The position numbers and the translations under genes were made by a program. 64,000 nucleotides of DNA, taken from positions 1-64,000 of IMG/VR virus record IMGVR_UViG_651324045_000004, one strand, 5' to 3'. Below, piece by piece: positions 47,085 to 60,600 of this stretch. The notes beneath the pieces were generated by a model, which saw nothing but the letters and a program-made list of their open reading frames with translations, was not told where the DNA came from and searched no databases. Every line of letters begins with the position of its first letter. The stretch's first letter is position 1. Origin of the DNA: a virus.

Positions 47085-48626
47085 CTATTTAAGCGTAAGT
47101 AAATTGCGAAGCTCTGTATTCTCTCGTCTGATTTCTTCCATCTCACGTGACAGCACCTGGATAGCGCCAATAGCGTCCATCATCAAGGGGTTAGTGTCTA
47201 GTACAAGTTTTTCAATTGTCTCTATACGTTCTGGCTCAATCTCATTACCACTTTCATCCAAGATGGCAGGATGGTTTATTACTCCTTTGCTAACCTTCAC
47301 ATAACATGGGTCAATTTTCTGAATTTGTTGAGCAATAACACCTCGACGCAGACGCTGGCGTTCATCGTCGTTATAGATAAATGTAACCAGATCCATAGCG
47401 TTGATATTCTGCAATGACTGTAAACCATCAGTGGGTTTAATATCACGCTTGAAATTTTTATCTGAAGTTGCTGCCCATGCCACATCCCCACGTTGACTAT
47501 TCCAAATCATCCCATCGCTGCGATGATGCCAATACTGAACCGCCGCACCATATCCCTTGACCTGAGTTACTAAACGGTGGTTATAACCTATGTGTTCCTC
47601 AAACCAAAAATTCGCGCCAGCGTTCCCGTTTCCATCAGAGCCTACAGTTGCGAATTGGCTACACAAGATTGGGGCAACTCGAATATCACCGATATTTCCG
47701 CCGGGGTCACTGTCATATTGCGCAATTAAACCAGCCCTACTCGCAGCGCGTACATACTTATCGGCTTTGATACCCTCCTGCGCGCGAATATTTTTGGAAA
47801 CTCGAAGACTGCACTCGAACCCTAATGCGACCGGGTCATCCGCAATAATTCGGTGAGTATAGTCTGCCGTGCTATTCCCATAATGGAAGTCGATATACGG
47901 TGTTGTATAGGAAAGCTCGATACTTTGCGATCTAACCTGATAATCACTTTGTATAATACCTTTAGCATAAAGTGAATTCGCGACTTTGACGTCACCGTTA
48001 GCTTCAACGCCAAAAATTTCAGTCTGCCCATCAGTTGCCGATATCCGGTCTTGATCACTTCGAACGACTGAGAATCGAGATGATTTTCCCACCATAACCT
48101 TCCCATAGGTTCCGCTTTTCTTGATAAGACCTATGTCGCCATTTTTTCCGAGGATAAAACCGGAGTCGTCACTGTCGAGACTTTGTGTGCCGGTGTAATT
48201 ATTACCTCCGGCAAGCTTCGCCATTCCCTTAATAGCAGGAACAGTAACTGACGTTCCGGTAATAGGATCAGTCATTGTAATGTTGCCTGTCGACGTCAGC
48301 GCGGTCGACCATCCTTCAACAACACTCCGCCACAGAGAAAAGGCGCTGGCGAGTTGGTTTGCAAATGCGGAGGTGCTGGCTGTCTCTGATGTGATAATGC
48401 CATAGGACGCCCCAGAGAACGCTGTCGTGATGTCTCGGGTAAGGGTCAGCTGCGTGTCACTGTCGACGGATTTAATCGCGTACAAGTCCGCGCTCCCGTT
48501 CCGATACACGACAAGAATGGAACCCTGTTGAACGCCAAGAGCGGTCTGCGACCACTTAGTCGTTACACCGGTCACTTTCGCCTGATTTGCAGCACCAGTT
48601 ACGGTGCCTACTTCATACATACTCAT
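47085..48626 (-). CDS. Tail fiber / side fiber protein with a C-terminal peptidase S74 intramolecular chaperone (autoproteolytic) domain
   Basis: C-terminal SDKNFKRDIKP...LVTFIYNDDE (Ser/Lys dyad module), preceded by a Gly/Ser/Thr-rich fibrous region. Confidence 0.8.
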   Translation of the reverse strand: MSMYEVGTVTGAANQAKVTGVTTKWSQTALGVQQGSILVVYRNGSADLYAIKSVDSDTQLTLTRDITTAFSGASYGIITSETASTSAFANQLASAFSLWRSVVEGWSTALTSTGNITMTDPITGTSVTVPAIKGMAKLAGGNNYTGTQSLDSDDSGFILGKNGDIGLIKKSGTYGKVMVGKSSRFSVVRSDQDRISATDGQTEIFGVEANGDVKVANSLYAKGIIQSDYQVRSQSIELSYTTPYIDFHYGNSTADYTHRIIADDPVALGFECSLRVSKNIRAQEGIKADKYVRAASRAGLIAQYDSDPGGNIGDIRVAPILCSQFATVGSDGNGNAGANFWFEEHIGYNHRLVTQVKGYGAAVQYWHHRSDGMIWNSQRGDVAWAATSDKNFKRDIKPTDGLQSLQNINAMDLVTFIYNDDERQRLRRGVIAQQIQKIDPCYVKVSKGVINHPAILDESGNEIEPERIETIEKLVLDTNPLMMDAIGAIQVLSREMEEIRRENTELRNLLTLK

Positions 48627-48673
48627 TATCTCTTCCTTGAGATGCCGCCCACTTCCTGTAGGCGGCTTTAGTT

Positions 48674-51600
48674 TTAGAAAATCCCCATCCTCACACGGAG
48701 ACGGTTGTTTGAATCATAGACTTCGATTTTACCGTTTGTAATTACCGTTCTGGAACTACCCGGCCCTGAGCCATTTATATTCATCGTTCCATCGCGAGAG
48801 ATTCGCCAACCTCTAACGTTTTCTTGGAAACCCGAACTCATCAAATCACCGACCTTGGCGCTACCTATTGACCCATCCTTGATGAAAGCCGCGTTCATAT
48901 AGGTTACACCATTATCAATCACAAACGGAGTCGTCGTATTGCCGTTCGATGTATTAATTAGCGCGAAGCGGTCTGCCTGAACCAAGAACTGGCTCTGCAT
49001 ATTTTTACCATCAACACCGAGAGCGATACCCGCCGCATACTTCTGCCCGTTGTTGTTGGTTTGCATTTTCACCATCCAGGTACTGTTCAGCGCGTCATTG
49101 TTTGAAACAGCCTCTTGCAGCGTCTGGATAGATGCAGATTGACTATTCAATGATGCGGTCATGTCAGTCTGCGTTTTTGCCATTGCGCTAATCTGAGTCG
49201 CCTGAGTCGCCTGAGTCGATTTGATAGACGCGATACTCGTTGTCGCCGAGTTCAGATCAGCCTGGTTTTTGATGTTGGCCGAAGCCTGGGCATCAATCTG
49301 AGACTGAAGACTGGTGTTCAACGATGCCTGAGTGCTCTGACTGTCCGAAATGGTCTTAGACAGCTGATCCACTTTCGAAGAAGACGCGTCTACCTTCGAC
49401 TGCATGGAAGACAGTTGCGACGTTTGGGCAGTCACTTTCCCATCGATGTCGCTGACCTTCGTCTGCAACGATGAGATTGCTGTTGCGTTTGCATCCGCCG
49501 TAGCCTGTGCATCCGCAGCATCAGTGATATCGGTAATGACGAAATCATCAATGTACACCGCGTATCCAGGTGTGTTGGAGCCACTCTGACCACGAGTAGA
49601 AATCCATACATGGCTACGGGTAACGCTCGGACTCACTTTCACTACACCAGTAAACTTAACCCACTGGTCGCGACCGCCAAGACCAGCCTCGTTGAACGTA
49701 ATGCCCTGCCAGTCATTCCCACCATCTTTGTTGATGGAGTGCAGACCAACGACCACAGTCCAGCCAGACGGCGGGGCTTCACTTGCCGGCATCATAGCCC
49801 AAAACTCAACGCGATATTTCGCGCTCTGGCGTACCGCAGAATAAGAGCCGATCGTCTTGTCGGAATTCCCACTGGTATTGGCCGGGCGAGTAACCTTCAG
49901 ACATTTGTTGCCGCTGCTCTTGAAGTCCGTCGTAACAATCGCAGTGCTGCCGCCCAACTGCTGATTGTTGTCATAGGTTTCGAAAGTACCGTCGATCCAC
50001 GGGTTACTCTGGACCTTCAGCGTATTCAGGCTACTCTTCAGGTCAGTGACACTGTCGCTCGCAGAAGACAAGTCTTTGCCTTGCTGCGTAACCGTGTTCT
50101 GCAGTGACTGAAGTGCCGAAGCGTCGGCCTTGCCAGAAACCGTGTTATTCAACGAATTAAGGCTATTGCTCAGATTCGTGATGCTTCCGGTGTGACTGGA
50201 AACAGTACCTTCTGCACTGGTAACTCGCGAAGTCAGACTAGCAACCGCATTGCTCGTCGCGTTGATGTTCACTATGTCAGTGATATCGATGAAGTAAAAA
50301 TCATCGAAATACTGATTACCTGATTTGAGGGACGAGTTGATAGAGACATCAACACTACCAGATACCGTCGCCTTCCAAGTCCCGGAGATCTCCTTCCAGG
50401 TCGAGCCAGTAGGAAGGTCTGTCGGCTTAAACATGAAATCAGCGAGCAGAGACGAGTTGCCGATACGCAGTTTGTTATTGCTCTGATTATCGACAACGGT
50501 GCCAGACTGACAGCGAGCAAACACGCCGATTTTGTAGGTGCGATCTTTCGTCACTGCGATGCTTTGGGAGACTGTCCCCGTACCGGCCCCACATGACAGG
50601 ATCTTACTTCCCGAATTTGGCGACTGAGCATCAATAACCTTTATAAATGACGCGCCGCCGCTGAAACCTTCCAGACCGCGCTCAAACGATGAGTTGGTCA
50701 GAAGGTTTCCAATGATTTTTTTCGACGCGTCACTGTCCGCAACCAGATTGGCAAGTCCGGTATTCGTGGCACTCAGGCTGTTCTGCAGGTTGGTGACATT
50801 ACCGCTCTGCGTGGAAATATCCTTACCTTGCTGTGTTACCGTGTTCTGGAGTGACTGAAGCGCCGTTGCGTCAGCTTTCTTGTCGATGTTGCTGTTCGCT
50901 GCTACCAGTCCATTCTGGAGACTCGTGATTGCGCTACTGGACGAGGTAATATCTTTACCTTGCTGCGTTACTGTGTTCTGGAGTGTGGTAATCGCCGATG
51001 CGTTTGCATCTGCTTTCATCATCACGCCACCAGCTGCTCCAAGCCCCATCATTACGCCGTTCACGAACTCGACTGAGGTCGAAATGTGGGCGGTGCCGTC
51101 GCCACCGGTTGGCGCACGCAGTTCCAGACCATCGCCCGGTTTCATGCCTTTGCGGCCAAGGAGGATATAGGCACCACGATACGGCAGAGAGTTGACTACT
51201 TCGGATGTACCACCAAGAGATTCCAGAGCAGACAATATCTTACCTCGGTTGCCAGATGGCTCATCGAATGTCAGGACGCAAACGTAAGTGCCACTAGCCA
51301 ACGCCTCGATATCAGCCGACATCGTGGCGCCATTATTCGCGCTACCAAAGACATCGTATGTTTTGGAGGTCGCAATCACCGTTGATCCGTCGCTTTGTTT
51401 TGCAAAAGTGACCAACGCCCAGCTGCGACCAGGGGTAAACAGGTTCTTGCCGCTTTCATCAAAAACCCCAGGAGTTACGCTGTTGCCATTCCCTTTCGCC
51501 GTTACCGTAAATACAGTGCGACGAGTCAGTGACGCTTGCATGGAGGTAATGTTAGTGCCAGCGGCAGAAATGTCTTTTCCCTGCTGCGTGACGGTGTTCT

Positions 51601-54600
51601 GAAGTGTCTGAACCGTAGTGGAATCAGCCTTCTTAGACACGTTGTCATTCGTCGTCTTCAGACTGTTTTCCAGAGATGTCGTCCGACCGCCCACAGAGCT
51701 GATTGCATCACCCTGCGTCTGAACCGTACTGGTCAGCGAATCAATAGCGGAACTATTGGCCATAGTTCCTGCGTCTCGACGAGTGACGACGACGTTATAG
51801 ACTGTCAGACTCGCGGTAGCGCCAGTGTTCGGTTGCAGCCTTGCTGTGGTCGCGCCGACAGGAACGACAAACGTACCGCTTACAGCCTTCTTCTCACCAG
51901 CTTGATAACTCAAGTTGCTTGCGTAGATGGTGGCGTTAGAGAGACTAGGGCCGTCAAAACGCAACCCCCATCCCACAGTAATTGCCTGACCCGCAAGACA
52001 CATCATGCTTAAATCCAGTGTATCACCCGGTGTCACTTCAAACAGTGGTGAGACTGGCTGCCATCCAGCTGAACTATTTACAGCCGCGTAACCGTCGACA
52101 GTTGTCGCCGCCCCACCCCAGCCCTGTGCGCCGTTGAGCATCTTGGCGTTAGGGATGAGGTTGGCGCCAGACGTCAGACTATTCTCGATGGACGTCACAC
52201 GAGTTCCCTGGCTGGAAATATCTTTGCCCTGCTGCGTCACCGAGTTCTGTAGCGTCTGAAGCGCAGCTGAATCAGCCTTTGTCGAAACCAGATTGTTAGT
52301 GGTCGACAAATCACCCTGAAGCTTAGTGATCGCGGTATTCTGCGTGGAGATATTGTCTTCAGTTTTCTGGACACGAGAGGTCACAGACTGAATGGAGCTG
52401 CTATTCGCATCAACCGTAGTCTTCAGCGATGACAGATCGTTAGACGATGCCATATCGCTCGGCGCCGGAGACCACTCTGTAGGCATATTGCCAACTTCCA
52501 GCTTAGGGCTGGTGATAGAGACAGTCTGATCTTTCGTCGAAGATGCTTGGATGCGTGCAAGGATTATTCTCTTAGATCCAGTTCCCGGCTTCTGTTTCCA
52601 CTTAACCCAATAACGAACCCACTCAGTTGTCAAAGTGAATGACATACGACCATCAACACTGCCGTCTGACACACCTTGACTACTAACCCCAGATGTCGTC
52701 GAGTTAGGGTTGTAGAAGTAAGCGGTCATGCTTTGACCGTTCTCACCACCTTTTGCAAAGAAACTGTAAACGTACTCTGCATTGTCGACTGGAGCGTCGA
52801 GAGTAATCTCCTTGAGATCTCGGTAGGAACTGCCCGCTTTAGTAGTCGCGCTAATCACCGCATTGCCACGGAAGATTTCATTGGTTTTACCAGACCACCC
52901 GGCCATGTCGCCTGAGTTTTTGATCAGGTTGACGCCACCAATAGAAACGTTACTTAGTGCGTTGCTGAGATTCGTAACACTGTCGCTTTGGCTTGCAATA
53001 TCCTTACCTTGCTGAGTAACCGTGTTTTGCAGCGTCTGAAGAGCCGAAGCGTCCGCTTTCTTAGCCACAGCAGAGTCGGTATCACTCAGACTGTTCTTCA
53101 GAGAGGTGATCGCCGCGCTGTTGCTTGAAGTCTGATCTCCAACCTTATTGACATTCGAGTTGATCGAATTAATTGCCGTAGACAGAGAAGAAACACCCAG
53201 ACCGGAATATAGTTCGGCAACTTTGTCACCCAGCTTGAAGCCCAGATTAATATAGGCGTTTCCCGTCCACTGATTCACCAAAAATTCAACGGTGTTCCAG
53301 CCCGAAGACAGTACAAAGCCAAGAGTAGCGGTGCCTGATATAGCGACTGCCTGACGCACGCCATTAACGTACACAGCGCCAGAATCATCAAATACGCGAG
53401 AACCCGGAGACACCGAGATGGTGGTATCCGCAGCAACACGAACCATTGCCTTGTAGTGCGCAACTACATATGAACCTGCACCCGAGAAATCCAGTTTTGC
53501 GGCGTCGGCAACTTCATCCATGAATACCGGGGAAAGTCCCTGAATATCGCTAAATGTAGGCTCAGCAGCGGCGCTGGATAACTGGCATTTATAGATGCGG
53601 CGTGACCAGGTGCCTTGCTTGCCGTTAACAATCTGATTAGACAGAGCGGTGATATTGCTGGTGTTAGAAGCAACATCTTTTCCCTGCTGATTGACGGCAT
53701 TTTGCAACGTTTGCAGTGCTGATGCATCGGCCTTTGTGCCAATGGCTTTGTTTGCCGTAGCCAGGCCATTATTCAGGGTTGTGATGCTGTCGCCCTGCGA
53801 GGTGATGCTGTCACCTTGCTTGGACACGGTCGTCTGTAGCGTCGACACCGCACTCGCCGTCGCATCGGCTGTCTGCTGCGCATTGTAGGCATCAGTGACA
53901 TCGGTGATGACGAGATCGTCGATCAGGAAGGAGTTTCCAGCCTTAACGCTGCTAACGTTAGGAATAGAAATACGCGCCATCGCCTGCTTGATGCCGCTCT
54001 TACTACTTTTCAGATAGCCACTGACTTTCGTCCAAGAGTCGGCGGACAGATCTTTCGCCGACTTAATGAGCGCCGGCCACTGCCACGAGTTGTCCTGGTA
54101 CTGCAACGACATCCCGATCGCAATCTGAACTGCCCCGTCCATCGTCGTGCTCTTAGCATCCAACTTCACCCAGCACTCAACATAAAACACCGCATTATCT
54201 CGAACCTGGAATCCGCTGAAAATGTGGTTATCACTGTTGTCGGTCGCATTGGCATTGTAGTCGTTCGGACGCGTCACACGGATACATTTGTTTCCGCCGT
54301 GAGAATCGTCAGTAGTCACGATGACGCGACCATTGGTGATATTGTACCCGCTCGAATAGCTCTCGAACGTCCCGTCTGGCAGGATGTTTGCGCCGCGCTT
54401 AGACTGCTGATTCAGCGAGCTGTTCAACGAAGTGATGGCGTCACTGCTGCTGCTAATCTTATCTTCGGCATTACTAACCCGAGTGGAGAGGTTATTTAAA
54501 GCTGTCGCATCCGCTTTCTTAGCCACATCACCCTTTACAGTGTCAACGGTGTTGGTCAGAGTCGTGATTGCATTGCCTTGGCTGATCAGCGTTTTACCCT

Positions 54601-57600
54601 GATCAGTAACGGTGTTCTGCAACGTCTGCAACGCAGAGGCGTCTGCCTTTTTCGACACATCGGTCTTCGTAGAAGTCAGATCGTTTTGTAGCTTGGTGAT
54701 CGACGTTCCCTGAGAACTAACCGTGTCACCTTGCTTGGTCACTTTCGTTGACAGATCGCTCAACGCGCTGGCCGTTGCATCGTTATTGACTGCATCAGTA
54801 ATATCGAACACCTGGAATGAATCAATCCAGATTTCCGCGTTACTTGGGTGGCAGTAGATACCAAAAGCCTGACCATCCGCGCCAGTTCTCGGAGAGAAAG
54901 ACGTATCCCATGTAATAGTCTGCCAGTCGCTCGTTAGCGTGACGTTTTTATCTTCGTAATTACCCTCAGCAGACCCATTGAAGTTCCAGCGGCGCAGAAG
55001 CATGTTCATCGAACCCGACACACCCTTGGCGCGAACGATATAGCGGAATTTGCGAGAGCCATTTACCGGGGTTGGTTTTTTACCATTGGCAAAAAGACCC
55101 GGAGAGGTTGCATTCACTTTCAGCATTCGAGCGCCAGCCGAGTTTTCACCGTATGCACCAAATGCAACAATGCTGCCTGTCGTGCCGCTGTTCTGCTGCG
55201 TCCTGAACGCTGAGCCATCACCTTCAAGATTGGCATCCTGAATCAGATTGTCGCCCATGTTCGTCATGGCGCCGACGCTGTTGTTCAGACTGGTGATCGC
55301 GTCACTGGCTGAAGTGATGTCCTTACCCTGCTGCGTTACTGTATTCTGGAGGGTATCCACCGCAGATGCGTCTGCCTTCTTCGAGACGTTCGCGTCTGTG
55401 GTCTTGAGATTGTTTTCCAGGTTCGTTGTGCGATTACCAACGCTGCTCAAATCTTTGCCCTGCTGCGTCACCGTACTCTGTAACGAAGACAGCGCAGAAG
55501 AGTCCGCTTTTTTAGCAACGTTTGCATCAGTTGTCGCCAGACTATTCTTCAGTAAAGAAATATCGCTGGACGCCGACGTTATATCCTTGCCCTGCTGAGT
55601 CACTGTGTTCTGCAGCGAGGCCAGTGCAGAGGCATCCGCCTTCTTGCTAACGTTAGCATTCGTCGCGGTCAGCTCATTCTGAAGCTGGGTGATGCTGTTG
55701 CCTTGAGACGTGATTGAGCCTTCGGCTTTAGTCACACGGCTATCAAGACTACTCAGCGCCTGACTATTGCCAGAAATCGCGTCAGACAGATCCTCGGAAG
55801 CCGGCGACCACGAGGTGCCCTTATTCCCTTCTTCCAGTTTCACCTGGTAGATCTGACAACCGGTCTTCTGGGACTTATCTTCAAACAGGAATCGCAATCC
55901 GGCAACGCCTACGAAAAGCGTCGAACCAGATTCAGCTGTAATTGTTCCAACCCATTTGTACAAGTCACCATCACGCGTAACGATGCCGTTCTGCGAATAG
56001 TAACGCAGAGACCATGAGTCAGTCCCGACAGCGGAACGACCGATGACTGCAGAAGTGAACGGCTTAGTTGTTCCGAAGCCATCCGCGTACTCTTTAAACC
56101 AAAGAGTCATCGTGTACTGAGTTTTAACAGCGATATTTTTACCAACCAGACCCGTAATCGCTTTCAGCTCATAACTGGTGAAGCCGGAAGTCGGAGACAG
56201 ACACAGAGCCGGGGCGCCGCTCTTATCGGAGTTACGAAGAAGGTTGCTCGCGCCAATAGACAAGCTATCAACGTCGTTTTTAAGCTGGGTGATACTGTTA
56301 CCCTGAGACGAAATGGAGCTACCCTGCTGCGTCACGGTGTTCTGGAGAGCGTTCAGCGCCGTCGCATCAGCTTTCTTTGCAACGTTGGCATTGGTGGTGC
56401 TCAGGTTGTTCTGCAGGCTTGCAATGCTGCTTGAGGCTGAAGCAATGTCTTTGCCCTGCTGGGTAACCGTATTTTGCAGCGTAGACAGCGCCTGTGCATC
56501 TGCCTTATTCGCTAGATTAGCGTTGGTCTGTTCGAGGCTGTTTCGCAGATCAGTAACGCTCTGCGAGGTGCTCGTGACGCGATCACCTACGGTGCTGACG
56601 TTTGAGGTGACGGCGCTAATGGCATTCGAAAGCGCGTTCATCCCAAGAGCAGAATTCAGCTGGGCTACCTTCTCGGACAGTTTAAAGCCGAGGTTAATGT
56701 AAGCCTGACCAGTCCATTGGTTTACCAGGAACTCAACCGTGCTCCAGCCAGCTTTCAGATCAAAGCTAACCGTATTCCAGCCTGCATTACCAAAGGCAAC
56801 CCTAACACCGTTCACGTACACGGCGCCCGTATCATCAAAAACACGGGACCCTGGTGCCATAGTGATGGTGGTATCAGCATTAACCTTCACGAAGGCTTTG
56901 TAATGCGCGATCACGTAACTGCCGGCGCTCGCAAAGTCCAGTTTTGCCGCGTCAGGAACCTCATCGATCGAGATTGGCGCCTTACCGTTGATATCGCTAA
57001 AAGTCGGCTCGGTGGTATTGTTCGCCAGTTGTACGCTGTATACGCTACGCACCCACATGTTCTGGCGGCCGTTAACCATCTGGTTTGACAGCGAAGTGAT
57101 GCTGGTGGACTGCGACGCAATATCTTTACCCTGCTGGGTTACAGTATTCTGGAGAGAAGACAATGCGGAGGCGTTGGCGTCGATTTTGACACTATCTGTC
57201 ACATCGATGACATAGAAATCATCAAAGCAACGACTCCCGGCTGTCAAATAGTTACTCAGCGTAACCGGAAGCTTGGCTGTCTCCGTAGCCTTCCAGCGAC
57301 CGGAAATCAGCGTCCAGTCGGAACCGATCGTCCCGCTATTGTACGGTCGCTCAAACACCGGCTGACCAGCGGAGTTACCGATCCGCAGTTTGTTGTTGCC
57401 TGCTCCGTTATCAGTGGTCGCTCCGAGATCCTTAACCCATACCCCGATTTCATACGTCCGACCCTGTACAAAGCTTACATACTGTCCCGGTGACACATTA
57501 CCAGCATCAACCTTCAGCGCCCGTGTCCCACCATGTGGAGTGGAAATCTCAACCACACTGGTTGCCGCTGACCGTCCGGTATAACCATCCAGTCCTCGCT

Positions 57601-60600
57601 CAAACGACGGGTTTACGATGAGGTTATTCGGCATCGCGGCGGACGCGTCAGTATCGGCGATCGCGTTGTTCAGTGAGTTGTTCAGTTGAACGATGCTGTC
57701 CGCCTGGCTGGATGCTTTATCCTCGGTTGCGCTAACACGAGATGTCAGATCATTGACCGCAGTCGCGTCCGCCTTCTTCGCCACATTGCTGTTTGTGGTG
57801 TCGAGAGACGTTTTGAGATTGGTGATGCTGCTATTCGCGGCGGAAATGTCTTTACCCTGCTGCGTCACTGTTCCCTGCAGTGCGGTCAGCGCTGTCTGGT
57901 CGGCCTTTTTACTAACATTGGCGTTGGTAGTGCTCAGGTCATTTTGCAGTTTGGTGATCGACTGACCCTGAGTCGAAATGCTCGAACCCTGCTGATCCAC
58001 TGACGTCTTCAGAGTCTGCAATGCAGAAGCGTCAGCCTTGTCCTTCAGGGATGATTTAAGACCGGTGATGTCCGACGCCATCGCTTTATCCTGAGTGTTC
58101 AGGGTGTCGAGGGACTTGTTGATGTTAGAGACGCTGTCGTCCACCTTTGTCTCAAGAGACTGGCGAGCCATGGCCTCTGCCTTATCCGCGGTGACACGCG
58201 CCAGCTGCTCCTGGAAGATAAGACCGGAACCCACTTTAGAAAGATCATTGCCTTCGTAAGATCCGCGCATCTGGACGGCCAAGGCATTGCGGTTCGCAGC
58301 TTCAGCGGCATCAGCGTCCACACGAGCGGACTTCTCATCCTGCAGAGCGGCCATGCCGGCGCCAGGCGTCGGGCGCCCTACTGCAACCCAGTCAATCAAC
58401 AGGTTGTTTGTGTCGCTCTGGTTCTTCAGGAAATCAAACCGGAAACGGCGAATGGTCGTGGAAGCCCGCCAGTCAATGTCGTGAATGGTCAGCGTGGCAA
58501 CGCCATTAGCATCATATTCTGGCTCGTCGATAACGAGAGAGCGAGACTCACTCCAGCCCTGCTCTGATGCCCCGATCCAGTACAGTTTGCCTGACCATGT
58601 CGGTTTACCTACTTTCTTGATGCGCAGCTTTAGGAAACGATAGGCATTGGCGTCGATAACCATGTTATTTGGCGAGCGGCAAGAAGCTGTGCTGTTTGAA
58701 GACTTCAACCAACCATCATCGGTAACGGACATTGGGACAGTGCCACCGTCGTCTTCTGTCCATCCCTCACTGTTGGTATCAAAGTACCAAATTTTCAGGC
58801 TATCGAACTGTTCACCGGTGCCAGCGGCAATCTGGGAAATTTGCTGAGCCAGAGATTCGTTAACCGTCTGCACCTGCGTAGACAAGTTGCTAATCTCGGA
58901 CTGGCGATTATTCTTCTCTTGAAGAAGAGCGTCAGCACGGGCGCGTGCTTCGTCCTCAATGCTCGAAATTCGATTTAAGGTTTCGGTATTGATTGCGTTT
59001 GCAGTTTTGATGTCCAGTGCGGAAACGGCCGACGCACGATCTCTGGCTTCTTTGCTGATTTTTGCATCGAGTGCGGCTGTTGCGTCCGAGACAGCCTTCG
59101 CACGGTTACTTGCTTCAACCGCAACGGAGTCTGTAATCGCTGAGGCACGAGCAATCGCTTCATCGGAGACAGCTTTCGCGCGCGCGGTCGCTTCATCGGC
59201 AACGGCTTTGGTTCGAGCCTCCACTTCCGCCGCAATCGCATTGGTACGCGCGGTTACTTCGTTTGAGATGGCAGTGGCGCGTATAGACGCCTCATCTGCG
59301 ATAGCTTTATTACGTGCGGTCGTTTCATTAGCAATGGCTTGTGCGCGATCCTTAGTCTCTTTGTCGATGGCGGTGCTTAGCGCTTCCTTGGCCGACTTGA
59401 CAGCGTTAGCCGCCTCAGTGCGAGCGTCATCAACCTGGGCCTTAGTCTCACTTTTCGCTTCATCTATGGCCGCGTCCACCTCCGTCGCCACAGCCTTGCT
59501 GTTAATGTCAGCAATCAGATCCTGACCCAGCTCGGACTCGGTGATTTTATTTTGCAGGAACGAAAGAACGTCGCGCGTCGTTGCGACCGTCGCTAGTGGA
59601 GAGTTCAGCGCACTGAGCATTCCACGTTTGTTGGCTGCACGTACCCAATAATACCAGGTGACAGAGTCTTCAAGACCGTTGTGACTGAAGGTTGTGCCAG
59701 ATACCTTGGCAATCAGCTGCGCTTTAGACTTATCGTTGGTCTTGGATGCCAGAACCTCGATGTGATCCAAGTCAACGGAAGCCGGGTTTACCCAATTCAG
59801 AACAATTGAACGATAATCGCCTACCGCAGTTAGACCGGTCGGGGCATCAGGCGCCGTCATGGTTCCCAGAACTTTGTAGGTGATGCTGATAGGATCAGTT
59901 TTGCGACCACCAACAGAAACAGCGTACACCTGGAAGTCGTACTGGCCGTTCTCCGCTACTCCACGAAGTTCGAACTGTTCTTCAGTTACGCGCTCAGATT
60001 TCCAGTTTGAAACATTCCCGGCATCGGAGCGGCGCCAGCTGATGTAATACTGAGCCGACTTGCCCTGCCATGTAGCGGTCAGAGAAACGGACAAGTTACC
60101 CGGAGAGGACAGATAAGTGCCTTCGGTAATCGCCAGACCTGACGGCTTTGAGAACGTTGGGTCAAGAACGGTCGTATTTTGCGGGATCAGCTGTGCGCCG
60201 CTATCAATAGCTTCGTATTTGGTCGGGTTGTTCTGAATAGCCGTGATATTGAACGACGTACCATCGTCACCCTCAGCAACGCTCACAACGCGTGCTTGTA
60301 GCGGAGTTAAGTCTGGTTGAGCAATGACCCACACTGCATCGCTTACCGGCGTCTCATTGGAGCTGAGAGCGGTTTTAAACGTGACGGTGGTGATGTTCTT
60401 CCCATTCTCCAAAATATCACGCCCAACCATTTTCCCTTCTGCGCTGAGGAAGGTGATATGGTTTCCAACTGAAGTCAGATCAACCGGAGCGTCCAGCTTG
60501 ATGCTATTGGAGGTGTAGCCGATAATACGACCACTGTTGCGACGGCCAGCGCGGAATTTATCTGCGATCAGCACGATGTCGCCAGGCATCAGGAATACAG

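Noticed and set aside
48627-48673. Hairpin GCCGCC-CACTTCCTGTA-GGCGGC after the J gene, considered as a terminator
   Set aside because: The U-tract is on the wrong side for minus-strand transcription, so J and the downstream fiber gene are probably co-transcribed.
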